This document shows, in pieces, positions 26,392 to 40,552 of a stretch of 64,000 nt of DNA. The DNA lies in assembly GCF_009914755.1 (NCBI RefSeq), contig NC_060935.1, one strand, 5' to 3'. The notes under the pieces are model-generated. The model was given only the letters and a program-made list of their open reading frames with translations. It was not told the origin of the DNA and made no database searches. Source of the DNA: the human T2T-CHM13v2.0 reference genome, Homo sapiens. The translations under genes and the position numbers were made by a program. Within the stretch, counting starts at the first letter, position 1; every line of letters begins with the position of its first letter.

Positions 26392-27994
26392 ACAGAGAGA
26401 AAGAAAACTATGGTCCAAAGTTTAATCCCTGTTTAAAACAGAACGGGCTAGTCTCCTTGGTAGCAATGCATGTGGCAGGAAGTCCCCAGAAATTTATGTG
26501 CATGCCTATGTGTGTGTACGTTTGTGTTGTGTGTGTATTTATATATGTGCACATATATAAATATATGTATTTTTTATATATACATATATATTTTTTCTTG
26601 ATTCCTTGACTTTTTAATCTCCTTTCTCTCTATGTTTAAAAGTTTTAGAAAACAAAAACAAAACAAGCCTTCCAGTCAAAAAATTTTCAGCACAAGATAA
26701 GTGAACAGAAGGGATCTATCATCCTGAACTGTTTTTCATAAGCCTTCATACAGCTTTAATGCAACACAGAGGTTTGGACACAAGGGTAAGCATCAGGCAT
26801 CGAGGAGCTCAAATTCCAATTCGTGATGCTGCAGTCCTCTGCAGTCCTAAGCAAGCCAGTATGGCTGCTCAGTGTCACAGTATGCCCTGTGTAAGATAGG
26901 GATTGTTTTAGGAAGATCAGTGAAAGTTTAAGAACTGACCTCCTGAAAACAGTTGTAGATTCCTCAGACATCAAAGTCAGCTAAAGAAAAATAAGTGCTA
27001 GGCTTCAGATTCATCGCACCAAATGACTTCCTATCTAAATTCTACAATAGGTAAAATAGAATACGTTTCTTCTAACCAATCAACACCACTTGGAAGCTGG
27101 ATCTGTCTCCATAATCCTGGTTAGTAATAAAGATGCTTCACCACTAGTTTGAATTTTCTGGCGAGGTTGTCAGTGATTCGTGCTTGAGGCAGAAGGAAAC
27201 CAGTTTGATTCTCGCATAGGCGTTTGGCAAAGGAAGAGAGAAACTTTGCTTTTCTCAACAGAGGCTAGAAATGACTCAGACTACAAATAGCTGCTCTGCC
27301 ATACAACAAAAGGTCATCCCTCCCTCTCATTTTTCCTTTCCCATTTGTCCTGAATGAAGGCCAAGCTATATTTCCCCATCTCTCTCTTCTCATCTCAAAA
27401 TGCATAGCCTTCTTTATGTGGTGCATTCTAGTTCGGATTGGTGTGTGACCCAGGCTAAGACAGTGTTATGCAGATTGGAGCATCTTAAACAGACCACAAT
27501 TGAATCAGTCTTGCCACCATTTGTCCTGTCCACTATAAGGCATTGAATGGTAAATGAAAGAAACTAGTGTCTTTTATTCAGCCTAGTTCTCTTCTTGCAC
27601 ACATGTTTCACAGAAGGGTACAGCTCAACTCTTAGGGGAAAAATTTCTAAGGAAGAAAGAAAAAAATGAAGAAAGACATTTTCAGAAACCATTCCCTTAG
27701 TAAATAATGAGAAGTCTTAGAGAATCTCTTGTGTTTCTCTGATTTGATAGAGAATGATGTTTCAGCTTTGGTATGGGAATGACTGGTGGAGTCAACAGCA
27801 AGAAAACGAGACTCCCAGTGGGAGGGTGTGTACTGCCAAGTACTATGTAGGCAACACTGAATGCAGCCAAGAGGCGGCCTTCCACTAGAGAAGGCATCCC
27901 GCTCTCTAATCATGACGTCCCCCCGGGCTCTCAGAGGGCAAAACTTGGACCGAATGCTGTTTTGGTCTAACACACATTTTCTGGGACTGCACAC

Positions 27995-27996
<2 letters not shown>

Positions 27997-28037
<41 letters not shown>
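27997..28037 (+). repeat. (AC)20 microsatellite
   Basis: Perfect run counted directly. Confidence 0.95.
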
Positions 28038-28038
<1 letters not shown>

Positions 28039-30100
28039 TACATGGCAAGTCTTCTGGATTAGCAGGAGAGGCTGCTGATCAAATGCACCCCTGGGCTTCT
28101 ATTCAGATTAGCTTTGAATGAAAACAACACCAACTCTGTTTTCTTATTTTAAAGATCACAGAGATAATCTTCCTTGGTCACAGTTGGGGAAACAGCCAGA
28201 GGGGGTCTTGTTACCTCCAGAAAAGCCGTGGAAGATATCTGAATTCCTGCTGGGCCTATTGGACCATCTTTTATGTTTTTAGACAGAAAGAATCTACCCC
28301 AGTGAGATTCTGAAAGCAGCTCCTCCCAGTCATCCTCTCCTAGGTATTGTTTATAGCTGGGCCCGTCCCTCAAAGTGTTTATTTTTCCGTACATGCATAC
28401 ATCATGCACACTACCTGATTGCTTTGATCAGGTTAAGGATGGGAGCAGGCTCTACTTGCGAGTCTTGTGGCACTTCCATGCAGCCCGTGCCCAGTCTCAG
28501 CGAGGCACTTCTCCTGGGTGGTTGGTAAGATATTCAACTAGAGACTTGCTTCTTAAATAATGTTGGAATCATATCCACGGTTGTAATGAACGCCTCTGTG
28601 ATTTGCATTTAAATAGTATTTTCATCCAGAGATCACAAAGAGGAAAGCTATCTTAACATCCTGACTCTAATTCTCTGTATCTGAAAGCCAGTCTGTGTGC
28701 ACCACGTACACATTTTCCCTCTAGGTCTCTTTCAGATCTGTGTACCCTACTGATCAAAACAAGCGTTTGCTTGCATTAGGATGGAAGACCCCGACAGCTC
28801 TGGCATGCACTGGATTCTCTCGCCGCACCCGCTTCATCAACCTGGATCCCCATGAGCTCTGATTGAAATGCCTCCACCACTGGCTGGGATGTGAGAGGCA
28901 CTCCCAGATGGTGTGCTCAGTGCCAGGCAGTTAACACAATCATTTCTTGGGTTGTCAATGAAGCCAATTGGATCTGGAAATGATTGAGAGGCAGTAAATA
29001 TAGACCCCCAAAGTCACCTTAGCAGTCTCTTTCCAGAGTACAGTTGTGCTTCGAAGGACTCCATGCAATCCTAAGGCTCACTTTCCAAGCCCTGGGAGGA
29101 CTAGAGAGACAAAGGGCTGGCTGGGCTCAGAGACAGGAAAGGGCACAGAAGTCAACATCAGGCCCTAGCTTTCAGCCCCACTGATGGCTGCTCCATGCTG
29201 ATTCCTCAGTTTACCCATGCTGCGGCTCTTTCCACCTGACTCCAGGCTTTTTGTTTCTTTTCATGTCATTCTTCATCATCTTGTGGAAGGATGTTTTTTC
29301 ATATTGTACAGTTGAACTTATTTCATCATCAACAAATTTTTCTCTTTCCCATGGATTCTTTAAAAGGCGTCTTTTGAAGATTTATTTCTATTCGGATGCA
29401 AGCTTTTGTTTAAAAAAATAAAAGAGATGTAAATATGGAATGTTATTGAAAAGATCTTATCTTGCTTTTGACATGACATCTAAAAATGTGTTTAAAATAA
29501 AGAGCAAGTGTTGTTCAAGGCATGTATCAAGGCAGTTGGCTTCCTGCAGTGAGAGCTGGGTAGTACTTCGAACACTTTTCTGCCCCTATGAAAGCCTCTC
29601 ACAGGTTAGGCCCCTGCGACCCAGTGTCCTCCTCCTTAAATGTCCCTTTCTGATCAGCCACGAGAGGGCAATGCAGGGCACTTGGTTGGCTGCCTTGGTT
29701 GGATTGCAGTTGGCAAGTTACTTTCAGTGAGGGAAGCTACTCAGACTATGACAGTAATTATATCAGTCTCATAAAAACCCTGCTCTCCCCAACTTGCTGC
29801 TGCCCTTTTTCCTTTGCTGCCTGCCTTCCTTCCTTTCCCATACCCCTGGCCATTGGCTTTGTATTTGCAGATAACTCACTCATGATCCTATAAGGCAGAG
29901 AAGAGTATGTGAAATTAATGTTTGCATTTTAAACTCCGAACTAGAATAATAGGTTGTTTCTAGGGGGAAGGATCTTGGAGATCATCAAGTTTAGCCTCTT
30001 TAAGATGAGGAAACCTAAATTGGGAAAGGTGGCCTGACTGGTTCCAGGTCACACAGTATCACGGGTAGGCTCCAGGGGCATAGACATTCTACAAATGCCT

Positions 30101-30759
30101 ACATTTTCTTTATCCAGTCATCTGTTGTTGGACAGTTAGGTTGCTTCCATATCTTAGCTATTGTGACTAATGCTGCAGTGAACATGGGAGTGAGGACAAT
30201 CCTTTGGGATAGTGATTTCATTTTCTTTGGATATATACCCACAAGTGGGATTGCTAGATCCCATGGTAACATTTTCGGCAACATGGATGAATGGGGAGGG
30301 CTTCAGGCTAAGTGAAATAAGTCAGACGTAGAAAGACAAACACTGCATGATCTCACTTATATGTTGATCTAGAAAAATCCAACTCATAAAAGCAGAGTAG
30401 ACTAGTGGTTGCCTAGGGTGGGTGGAGTGGGAGAGAATGGGGAGATGCTGGTGAACGGGTACAAAGTTTCAGTTACGTAGGGTAATTCTGGAGATCTAAC
30501 GAACAGCTTGGTGACTGCAGTTAACAGTACTGGATAGTATACTTGAAGTATATTGAGAGTGGATCTTAAGTATCCTCACCACAAAGGAAAGAAAAGAAAA
30601 AGAAAATGGTGAGGAGGCGAGGTGATAGACATGTTAATTAGCCTGGTTGCAGTGATCATTTCACAATGTATATGAATGGGAAAACATGAGATTGCACAAC
30701 TTAAATATATACAAGTTTTATTTGTCAATTATTCCCCAAGAAAGCTGAAGAAAAGAAAT
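30101..30759 (+). mobile_element. Old L1M (L1MA/MB-type) with inverted 5' segment
   Basis: 30101-~30268 is antisense ORF2 end (track ORF ...[17 protein letters not shown] on minus); ~30270-30759 is the sense 3' end (CAACATGGATGAA...TAAGTGAAATAAG...). Confidence 0.8.
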
Positions 30760-31357
30760 ACAATAAGATTAGGGCCGAAAACAAAGGAAAGGTAGACATA
30801 GGTAACATTTTCCTGTCAGGAACACACAAACTTCCAGAGGAATTTGGGAAAGAGGAGATGACTCTGTGGGAGGAGGCTCAGCCGTAGTCTGGATGGTGAT
30901 GCTCTGTTCTACGCACAGTAGCCTCGGTATTCAGCCAGGGACCCAGGAGCTATTGAATAAGCCATGACTCAGTGTTTCTGTGACCACTTGCCCTTGTCTT
31001 TCTAATGTTTGCTTAATTTACAAAATGATGATGTTGCGTTCCTCTCCCTTCATTGATTATCACTCAAACCTTGTAGGAGCCTTTACCTGCAAATCATTCA
31101 CACACTATGTGGCAAGGGCTGGTGAGCCCTGCTCTTTCATCAGCTCTCAACCTGGGAAGATCCTTTCTCTATTGGGGCAAATAAGCAAAACAACCTAAAA
31201 ATGCCTTTACACAGGCTCATCCTCCTCCTTGTAATGCTCTTTGCCCCATTCATCCATTGGTTGACTGCTATAGCTTCTTCTAAACTCAGCTCAGGTGTGG
31301 CCTTCTCTGCGTCTCTCTGAGCATTTCTCCTTTCTCCCAGTTCCCTGGATTAGGCAC

Positions 31358-31760
31358 CGTATCAGTCAGAAACCACTCTAGGTATAACAGTAGTTGGACT
31401 TGGTTGCACATGTGATGCAAGGGCTGAGAAGCCTACCAGGAGAGGGTGAGGCAACCAAGGGAGTAAACAATGGTGGACTTGACTACCCTATTCCCACTTC
31501 CACACACTCCATAGGGCTGGAGGGACACAGGGTGAGAAACTGCTTTTAAGTAGGGGCCAGGCCAATCCAGCAAGTGCTAGGACCATGGAGGTAGGGGCTG
31601 GAGCCACTGGGAGACACTGCCCATAGATAGTACCCAAACAGAAGTGGGGGGTGATACTTTCTCCTACTCTTCCATTGACCAAGACAGTGCTGAAGCCAGA
31701 GGGAGAGGAAGCCTGGGAATTATAGGGAATGCAGTTTCTGGATACAGAGCAAGGCAGAGA
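31358..31760 (-). mobile_element. Ancient ERVL LTR fragment (LTR33-like)
   Basis: GTATCAGTCAG...AAACCACTCTAGGTAT...GGGCTGAGAAGCC resembles an LTR33-family end; family uncertain. Confidence 0.4.
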
Positions 31761-34700
31761 ATGTTGGGAAATGAAGGGGACAGATACATGAGTGCCCGCA
31801 CCTCTTCTCTGGACTCTTACTGCATCTTGTACTTAACCACCCTCATAGTAGTAACTATAGGGTGTCCTTAACATCATTCAGAGCAGGAGTGTTCCTTCTA
31901 CCTCAAGGACCTAGCATAGTGCCCAGCACCAGGAGATATGGAAGGAAGGCATGCATAGGTTTGGGAAATTGTGATATGCCATGGAAATGCAAGTCATGAT
32001 TATTAAGATCCAGCCAAAAGCGTGAGCTCTGCTGAGGATGACAGTTATAGACCTTTCTTCACCACATCTAACAGATGGCTCAGCCCCTTTCCGTGATGCT
32101 ATCCTCATTTGCAGACTTGAAAACTAGTGTAGTTAATTAAAATAATATGAGTGAATGAAATATAGGTGTAGGGAAGAAAGAACAATTCTGCAAGGAGCCC
32201 AGGTCGAAGAAAAGTAAGGGGGAAACTATCCATCGAGGACAACACAGAGCTTCTTATGCTAATATTTTCTCAAGAGGTGAGACTATTTCCTGGCATCATT
32301 TGATCAAGGCAGACTCTCATCAGCCCCCAAAGTCATAGAAGTCCAAAGTTCCAGAATGACTCACATTCATTTCTAATTCTGCATTGGAAAATTTCTATTA
32401 GAAATCGTGAGTGTTCATTTAAAATGATTGTTTTTTTGTATTGCAACTGCTTTCTACCAGTCTAGTTAACCCTCTAGCAATGCAAATGTTGTTCATTCTT
32501 GCTACACGAAGACAAAGAGAGTGTTTGCCAATGTCTCCATAAGGGAAGGGAGCATTGCTTTTTGTTTCTTCTCTAGTTGATTGAGTTTGAAAAGGTTAGA
32601 AAAGTGTGTCAGTCTTCAGACTGGAAACTCTGAGCATGGGCCCCTCTCCCTAGTCTGTGCCCCACCTTGCTTGGCTTCCTGGCCATGTGATGGACAATAC
32701 CAAGCTAAGCTTCTGCTGATGGAAGGAGTGACAAGTCTTTGCTCTCAGAAGTGAAGGGCTGTGATTTGACAAAGGGCTTTGAAATATTCTTATATATAAA
32801 GCATTAATTTCATTAATGTAATCAATGCTAAAGAAGCAGACCAACCGGGCCCTTTGATTCTTCCCAGGCTAAAATCTGTTGGGCTGATGTGATATACCAA
32901 AAATAAAATAGTACCCCTCTCCATACTTCCTGTTGTCCACACAGGAATTTATTGGTCTGCATTGGATTTACTCTCTGATGTATTTGTTTATTTGGGGTTT
33001 TGTTTGTGTAAGTTCCATGAGAACAGGGGCTTAGCACTTAAAAAATACTTTACTGCTCTGTTTCTGAATCTAAGAACAAGCACACAGTGGGCGCTGAATA
33101 AATGAGCATTGTACAGAATAAAAAGTACCCCAGACACCTGTCCTACTTCAGGGCAACACTGAGCTGTTAGTTATAGGTATCTGTCCAGTTCCTTGTCTGT
33201 GCTCATACCCTCAAGTACCTAATTCAAAACTGAAGAAGAACTTGGGCTGCCTTGGGACCAATGACTCCGCGCTAACTTGAATTAAATCAATCTTGTCACT
33301 CCCATCTGCCTGCCTCCATGTCATAGTAGATTAATTGCAACATAATATAAAACACATTTATATTGCATCTTCACAATAGTTTCAGGGTCCTTTACAGTCT
33401 TACAATCTAATTAAGCGGTAGCTTCAAACATGAATTTCTTTAGTATTTTAAAAGCGTAAGTTGAGCAGATAAGCTTTTTTTTTTAACTTCCCTATTCTAA
33501 AACTGAAAGACCAGCTGATTCCAAAGTCCCTGAGTATTATTAATTACCAGTGGCTGCAATCAATGCACAAGGCTTGTCTAGAAAGCTATTTCCTCCTTAG
33601 GTGAATGGTTGGGAATACAATATATGGTAATCAACAATTTGAGAGGGCTGAGCATGGATTGAGGCTGAGAAAAAGCTGGGACTTGGCATTGCATCTCTCC
33701 TGTGCAGATGGCAGAGAATAAATCTTGACTTTGCAAGGAAGATAAAGCAAGGTGGAGGTGTTTTCATCGCAATCGCACAGCACATAAATGGCAGAGAGAA
33801 GAAAGAAACCTCGGAACACGGGCTTCCTCTCCAAGGACAGCTACTGCTGTTTTGGAGAAAGCTTATCTGCTCTTATTTCACCATGAGAGAACTTCTGTCC
33901 TCAAGAGCCACGGAAAGGGTACCAGAAATAGATGAGAGCCCACCAACAAAAGGAATGATGAAGTGGCCCTTTAAATATAAATCTCTGGCACCCCCAAACT
34001 CTCTGGATGTTCCCTTACGTATTCAAATGAGATCGCAGCGTCAGATTGGTATGCATTAGGCTGGTTTCAATGAAAATTAACATGTAATTGCTTCAAATGA
34101 AGTAAGTGAGGAGGTAATCTGTTCTTAAATTGGATTCCCGGGATTTTGTGGTACCATAATGCAGCTGTGAAATGAAATATATTTTAAGGATGATGTCCTC
34201 AAGGGGGTGAAGGGGCTGGGAGGGGGAGGAGTAGAGATAGATAGTGTATAGTAGAAGCGCCTCTCCCCCCAGCCTGCCACATTCTTTCTCTGTCTCATTC
34301 TCCAGTTTCCAGCGGATGAAAAGATGTTCTCTCATCCATGGGTGGCCCCCATGCTCTGGGCCCTGGGACCTGGGCAGACAGTGCCCCACATTGGCATCAG
34401 CCGGTCTCCTCTACTTCTTACTGTGTCTGGAGCTTATTCCCAGAGGCTGTAGCTCCCCAGGGCTGTAGCTCTGTGGTCACCCTGGACACTGGATTTGTAA
34501 GGAGAAGGTGCTCGTCCTGCAAGTGGTGTCTACTGAGATCATCAATGGCTGAAGGGTGCACTGCTACAGTTGGGCAAATTTTCCAAAGCACACTGTGCAG
34601 TAAGAAAAACCATCACTCCTTGTACTCCTGGAATGGGGACATGTGCGCTTGACATCATGACTGACCCTTCTGATATCAAAGAGTGGAGCTGGGGTCGCAG

Positions 34701-37700
34701 CAGCAGGAACAGCCAATTCCATTACCACCACCGGCCTCCACAGCCTGGGTTCAGCCAGACCAGGCACCCCTGCCAGCAGTGATGATATGGTCTGTGAAGT
34801 CTGAAGATGAGCCTGGGAATAATTAACCTTCTTACCGTTCAATCAGGACGGGAAGCAGCTGGGTGAGGAGTCAGTGCAGGTTAATGCATTAAATTGTTTG
34901 CCTTTGCCATCCTAGGCTGAAATGGGATTTTCAGTCACAATGGAAATAAGCTGGCAGTCTTCTGGTCCCGTGGCATCACGCCTCTCTGCCAAAGAGCCAT
35001 ATCTGATGGGCTTTGGGGACCTTCTGCACCAAGGCTACAGAAGGGCAGAGCTGTTAAATGAAATGCAATCACCTGGCAATGCACAGGCAGTGCTGGGTTA
35101 GGGTTCACACAGCAGAGCAGTGCCACTGGTCTAGACCGAGTCCCCATCAAGGGCTAGCATGAGAATGGCATGGCTGCCTTGCATCAGCTCCTGGGGAGAT
35201 GCAGATTTATAACACGCTATATAAAGAGTATATGTTCTGGTGTAAAAAGCCCCCATCAGAGCTAGAGAGAAGGGAAATTGACAAATCTCAGAAGAATGCG
35301 ATTCTGGGCATTCTCTATTGCACGCGAATCAGGACCCCCGTCTGAGCCCCCCGCTTGCCTTCCCTCCCAGTCACAGCTTGGTTCTACAGCTCGGCTGATG
35401 ATTTTTTTTTTTTAGTTCTTGTCTTTGTTTCCTCCTGTTTATGTTGCTATTTTCTTTCTGCACATGTTGAGCAGCTCTGGCTTTAAAACTGATCAGAGCT
35501 CATGGCTCCTTCAAATGTAGACGTTGTATTGCTACAGTCTCTCAATATATGGGACCAAGATTTTTGAGAGAATGCCAGAATGTTTCTGCTCTTCCCAGGA
35601 GTTGGTAGACTTAGAAATTTGAAGAAGAGAAAAGGGAAAAGAATGAGAGTGAGGGGTGACAAAACTCAGTTTACCCGACTGAGTTTAGGTCTCCCTAAAA
35701 ACAGTGGCCTGAGACACTTTAGACCCAGCTAATGGCTTTTATTTCCTCCTCTAAGGTTGCAAGAGACAGTGTCTTTGCTGTGGGCAAAAGAGGGACCAGA
35801 CTATGACCAATGATTAAATTTTGAATCACTCCATATAAAGAATAGGACCTCTTTTGAAGACCAAATCTGTAAACCACATTGGATAAATCATCTATGTTGC
35901 TGGCTCCTTTCTTTCTTCATCTGGTAGTAGGCATAGAATAGTATTTGCCTCCCTGCTTAGGGTTCTGCAAGGATTAGTAGGCGTTAATATCCACAGGAGT
36001 CCCCAGAGAGAGATATGCCAATAGCAAGAAAAGAGAGCTTAGCGTCCTTTTCTAGATTCTCCGTGGATGTGGAATCTACTGTACAGTTTATTTGTCGTCT
36101 GAACCCCAAGGTGCCTCTTGGTAGAGTATGCATAGGCTGCTGCAAGCTTAGCTCTGCTGGAAGAGGTGGGATGGAATGTATTTTGTGGGGAGTGCGTGTG
36201 TGTGTATGTTTGAGAGAGAGAGAGCACGTACACTCGTGATTTTTCCATGATCTAATATCTTGAATTAATCATTGTAATGCCTTTTTCTGCTATCAAAATA
36301 TGTCCAGTGGTCACCTTGATATGCTCATCTGGTTTAACTCTCCTCAAAGTTTGCAGTGTTCACAGGAGAAAAGTAGAAGGGGCCAGCGGTTTCATTCCCA
36401 TTTTAGAGATGGGGAGGGTTTCACCGCAGGAGCCTGAGGATATGCAATTCATCTTAATCACTAAAGTTGTCTCAGGCAATGACCTCTATAAGCCCTTCTT
36501 CCCTGGACCTCATTTGCTTTGAATATGAAATCAGGGTCAGGGTGTTAATGTCCTACTCTTAAAATGCAAACTAACGTCAAGGTCTAAGTATAAAAAGTAA
36601 AATATAAAACAAAATGCATAAAGTTGTACCGACTGTAGATACCACAGTATAACAGAAAATACTGAAAAAAAATATGAATCTCGTATAAGACTCCTGGGGT
36701 CAACAGAGGCGTGATGAAATGCAGGAGATGAGGGACAAATGGAAAATGCCCCAGCTCCATTTATTTAAGTAAAAAGACTATGAAGTACAGAAAATATGAG
36801 TGAAAAGCTGGTTCATTATAGGATCCTGTTCCCAGCTCTATTCTTGCCAATCTCCCTTTGACCTAAGAAATCCTCTCCTGTTTCTCTCTTAAATTCTACC
36901 TCAGAACCTTTAATTCTCATTTTATTTTCCTTTCCCATGAGTCATTTGTGTCCTCACACAGCTCTGTGTCCCTCGATTCCAATGGGCAGACCCACCCCTC
37001 TGTTCCTCCCCCCTCTCTCGAACCAGCCTAGACTATTTTGCCAATAGTTTTCATGCATAATAACTTAAGTGCATCACTTTTCTACAAACATGTTATCATT
37101 AGAGTTCAATTCTTCTGCTCCTAGCCTTTGTGCCTGGTAAATATACTTCTTTGACGAGTGTTTTGGAAGATGGCTCCATTTTATGCATGTGCATTAGTGC
37201 CAATTGCACAAAGCAGAAACACAAATTACCTGTATTCTGCAGACAGATCTAATCACCTAGACACCATGGGCTGGCATTCATTGCAGCCTCCACCTCTATG
37301 CATGAAACTGAAAGGGGAGCACCTAAACTGCCTATTAATTTGAAATGTAGGCAAAGTGCTATAGGCGCTGAATTGCGTGTTTAGGAAAGCTGTAGCAAGC
37401 CATTGTGCTAGGAGCCGTGCACTCGGTGTGGGCCTTTGCTCCGAATAGACAGGGCTTCTCTTTGGGAAGATGTAGGGCTGGGGCGCTGGGACCCTGCCAA
37501 AGTGATCTCTGCCTGAGACTGGAAGAGAAATGAGATAAATAAACAAGGGAGGCCAAAGTGGGGTGTGCCCCCTGGATAGGACACTTGGAGGGGTAGACGT
37601 GGATTTTCCCCACTATGGTGTTCTGTAAGATTCTTTTCCAACTGGTTTTATTTCAACAACTCTGTAGTCAGCAAATCGGCCTCCCCTGGGGCTGTTAAAG

Positions 37701-39244
37701 TCAAATCCAGGAGGTTTTCATAGGAATGAATACTTGTAACCTAAACTGGGGCTGCGCCTACTGTCAGAGTTCGTGAGTTTTTTAAGGATGCCTGAAGATG
37801 TGCCTCAACTACCTGGCGGGGAGGAAAAGAAGTCCCCTCTGTAAATGAGCTGACACTTGTCTGATAAAAGTGGTGCCTTTGGTCTGATCATCTGAGGACA
37901 AATAAGCAGCAGTGCCACCTCATAAAGGGAAGGGGTACCTCAGAGCCCCAGGGGTGTCCTGAGCAAAGGGAGCACTTTCCACACCAGCTGTATTTGGGAA
38001 ATCTCTCAGCCAGGGACTCACCCCTTTCTCCCAAATCTCCTGAGCTCCTTAGTTGGCGTTTCTTTAAAGATACTTAAGTTTGCCCTGTTCAGAATTTTTC
38101 TGGGTTTGTAGCTTGTCACAGTGGTGCCCAGAATTAGATTCCTGTTGCCTTGTCTCACACACACTCACACACACTCACACACACAGACTCACTCATTCAT
38201 CTAATTGGAAACAAAAAGAGCAAGGGAGATGGAAAACATGGACTCTAGTTGTTCTCCTTCCTCGCCACGTTGAATGTATTTCCTCATGCTCCCCCTGGCT
38301 GGCCTCCTCCTGGCACACTTTTCCTATCTTCTCTTCTGTGCATCTCCCCGTCAGCCTTGCTTCTCTGCATCTCACTCCCCCTTTGCTTCTCTCTCTTTTC
38401 TCTCATCTGCAATGAGGCTGCTCAACTGCCAGAGGGTCAGAACTGTGAGGGATCAGCATGAGGGCCACATTGACAAGGAAAGCTGTCATCAAATTTTACA
38501 GCTTCATGTAAAATGCACTGTCCATGGCAAGGACAGAGAAGGGACTGGAAAGGCACAGGGGGCAGTGTGGGGAGAAGGGGTAGTTAGAAGAGAGGCTCTC
38601 TCGTAGGTGAAGGGGGAGGTAAACCTACGTGCTTTCTACAGAAAGGTATTCATGGAGGCAAATCTGCCATCTTTTCTAAACACAACCATGTCTCTGGAAG
38701 CCTCACTAGGAGACCAACAATTAATAACAGTGTCAGTTATGGCATGTCTGTGTGGTCCATTGCATAGAACGACAGAGGAAGCTGATCCAAGCTTTGAGTA
38801 CCAGGAAGCCAAGGGTAGCAATGTGGATGGGCCTATGGCCGTTCTGTTTTCGGCGAGAGCTAGGGAAATCCCCTGCCACTGGTCCTTCCCATACACAATG
38901 CTATATGCGCATTTGATGAGCCAGCCAACAGGTGCCTGAGTACCTGCCGTGAGACCAGCTGGCAATAGCTCCTCTGAGGCACAGCAGAATGGACCGTGTG
39001 CTAAAGGCATCAACAGCCTGGGCAGGCAAACAGGACCAGCCCAGGAGAGTCCATTAGAGAACCACGCATGTGCCGGTTACTGACCAAGAGTTAGGTTCCT
39101 ACGTGTGCACAGCCTTCCCCCAGATTCCATTCCTTAGGACTCTGCACCCATCCCATCCCACTTTCTCAGGACAGAAACCACGAGGCAGAGTTGTACCTTG
39201 CCTTAGAGTGTCCGTCTCCTGGAGACCGTCAGTAGGATCCAGTG

Positions 39245-39430
39245 CCTGCTTTGTAATTTAGTAGCTTTGTGACCCGAGGCAATTTATTAAGTTTCAGTTC
39301 CCTTGCAGGTAAAGTGGAGATATTTTTGTTTACTACCACACAGAGTGGCCGTGTGGCTCACATAACATGATCTGAGTAAAGTGCTTTGCATAGTGCCTGG
39401 CACACTCCAGTGATCAATAAACGTTAGTCA
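39245..39430 (+). mobile_element. MIR
   Basis: TAGTAGCTTTGTGACC...TCAGTTCCCT...GTAAAGTGCTTTGCATAGTGCCTGGCACA. Confidence 0.7.
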
Positions 39431-39881
39431 GGGTCATTATTGTGCTATGCCCCTTCCTTTCTGCTATTGCCCCTCCCATCCCCGGATCTTCGATCGGGCC
39501 ATGGGTTCTACTTCCCGGTGTCTCCTGTCTCCATCCCTTCCTGTCCAGCCCCTGGGGCCCTGCCCTCCCTGAGATCTCAGCAGCCGTGGCTGGGCTGGCT
39601 TTTGGTGGTTTTGTGAGTGCTCTCAGTCTGCAGGGAGAGACAGGCTCCAAAACACAGGTCCCAGCACAGTGCCGCCCTGTTGGAAGCTCTTGGCACCTGC
39701 GCCTTAGATTCCTTAACATAACTTAAAATGCCCTTCACGAAAGTACTTCTCTTCACCTGTCCAGGTTTGTTGCCCATCTGCCTCCCCATTTCTACCCAAA
39801 TCCTACTCAGCAGCTGCTCACAATAATGATTCTCAGTTTTGCACATCAGAAAAAGTTGTGGAAATTGTTCTGAATATTTTT

Positions 39882-39915
39882 TGTGTACGTGTGTGTGTGT
39901 GCGCGCGCACGCGCA
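39882..39915. repeat. 34-bp alternating purine/pyrimidine tract (TG)n(CG)n, Z-DNA-prone
   Basis: TGTGTACGTGTGTGTGTGTGCGCGCGCACGCGCA. Confidence 0.85.
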
Positions 39916-39972
39916 GGGCGGGGTTGCTTGGGTAATTTATAAAGTACAGGCATTTATATAAAGCTCCACAAT

Positions 39973-40290
39973 GGCTGAGTGTGGTGTCTCATGCATGTAA
40001 TTCCAGCATTTTGGGAGGCCAAGTGAGGAGGATTGCCTGAGTCCAGGAGATTGAAATTGTCAGCCTCAGCAACATAACAAGACCCTGTCTCTACAAAAAC
40101 AAAAAAACAACAACATAAAGAAAAATAGCTGCTCCTGGTGGTCCTAGCTTCTGTACTCCTAGGTACTGTAGCTAGCGCCAGTTGTCTAAGCTACTCTGGA
40201 GGCTGGTTGGAGGCTGCAGGGGTGATGATTGTGCCACTGCACTTCAGCCTGGGTGCCAGCATGACATCCATCTCCAAATGAATAAGTAAA
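39973..40290 (+). mobile_element. Degenerate AluJ
   Basis: GGCTGAGTGTGGTGTCTCATGCATGTAATTCCAGCATTTTGGGAGGCC ... GTGCCACTGCACTTCAGCCTGGG. Confidence 0.75.
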
Positions 40291-40552
40291 GCAAGTTCTA
40301 CAGGTGGGCCTGATTTGCATCTTGAGTTCTAGAGCACAACCTTCCCAGACACACCCTGCCTTCCTCACACTGCCCGCATATCTGTCTACACTCAGTCCCA
40401 GCAAACGCAAACGGATGGGCTCACAGTGGGGATGCAAACAAAGATGAGGCGACTGAGTGAGTGAATCAGGAAAGGATGTTTTCATTTTATTGAGTGAATT
40501 AGACTAAGTCAAACCCTCCCTTAGAGTGTAAAGTAGAAGATAAATAATGTAC

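Noticed and set aside
39291-39314. Recursive splice site (NTM is, from recall, among genes reported to splice recursively); best candidate cccttgcAG|GTAAAG
   Set aside because: Weak donor (+5 is not G) and MIR-derived; I found no polypyrimidine-YAG|GTRAG site when reading the window.
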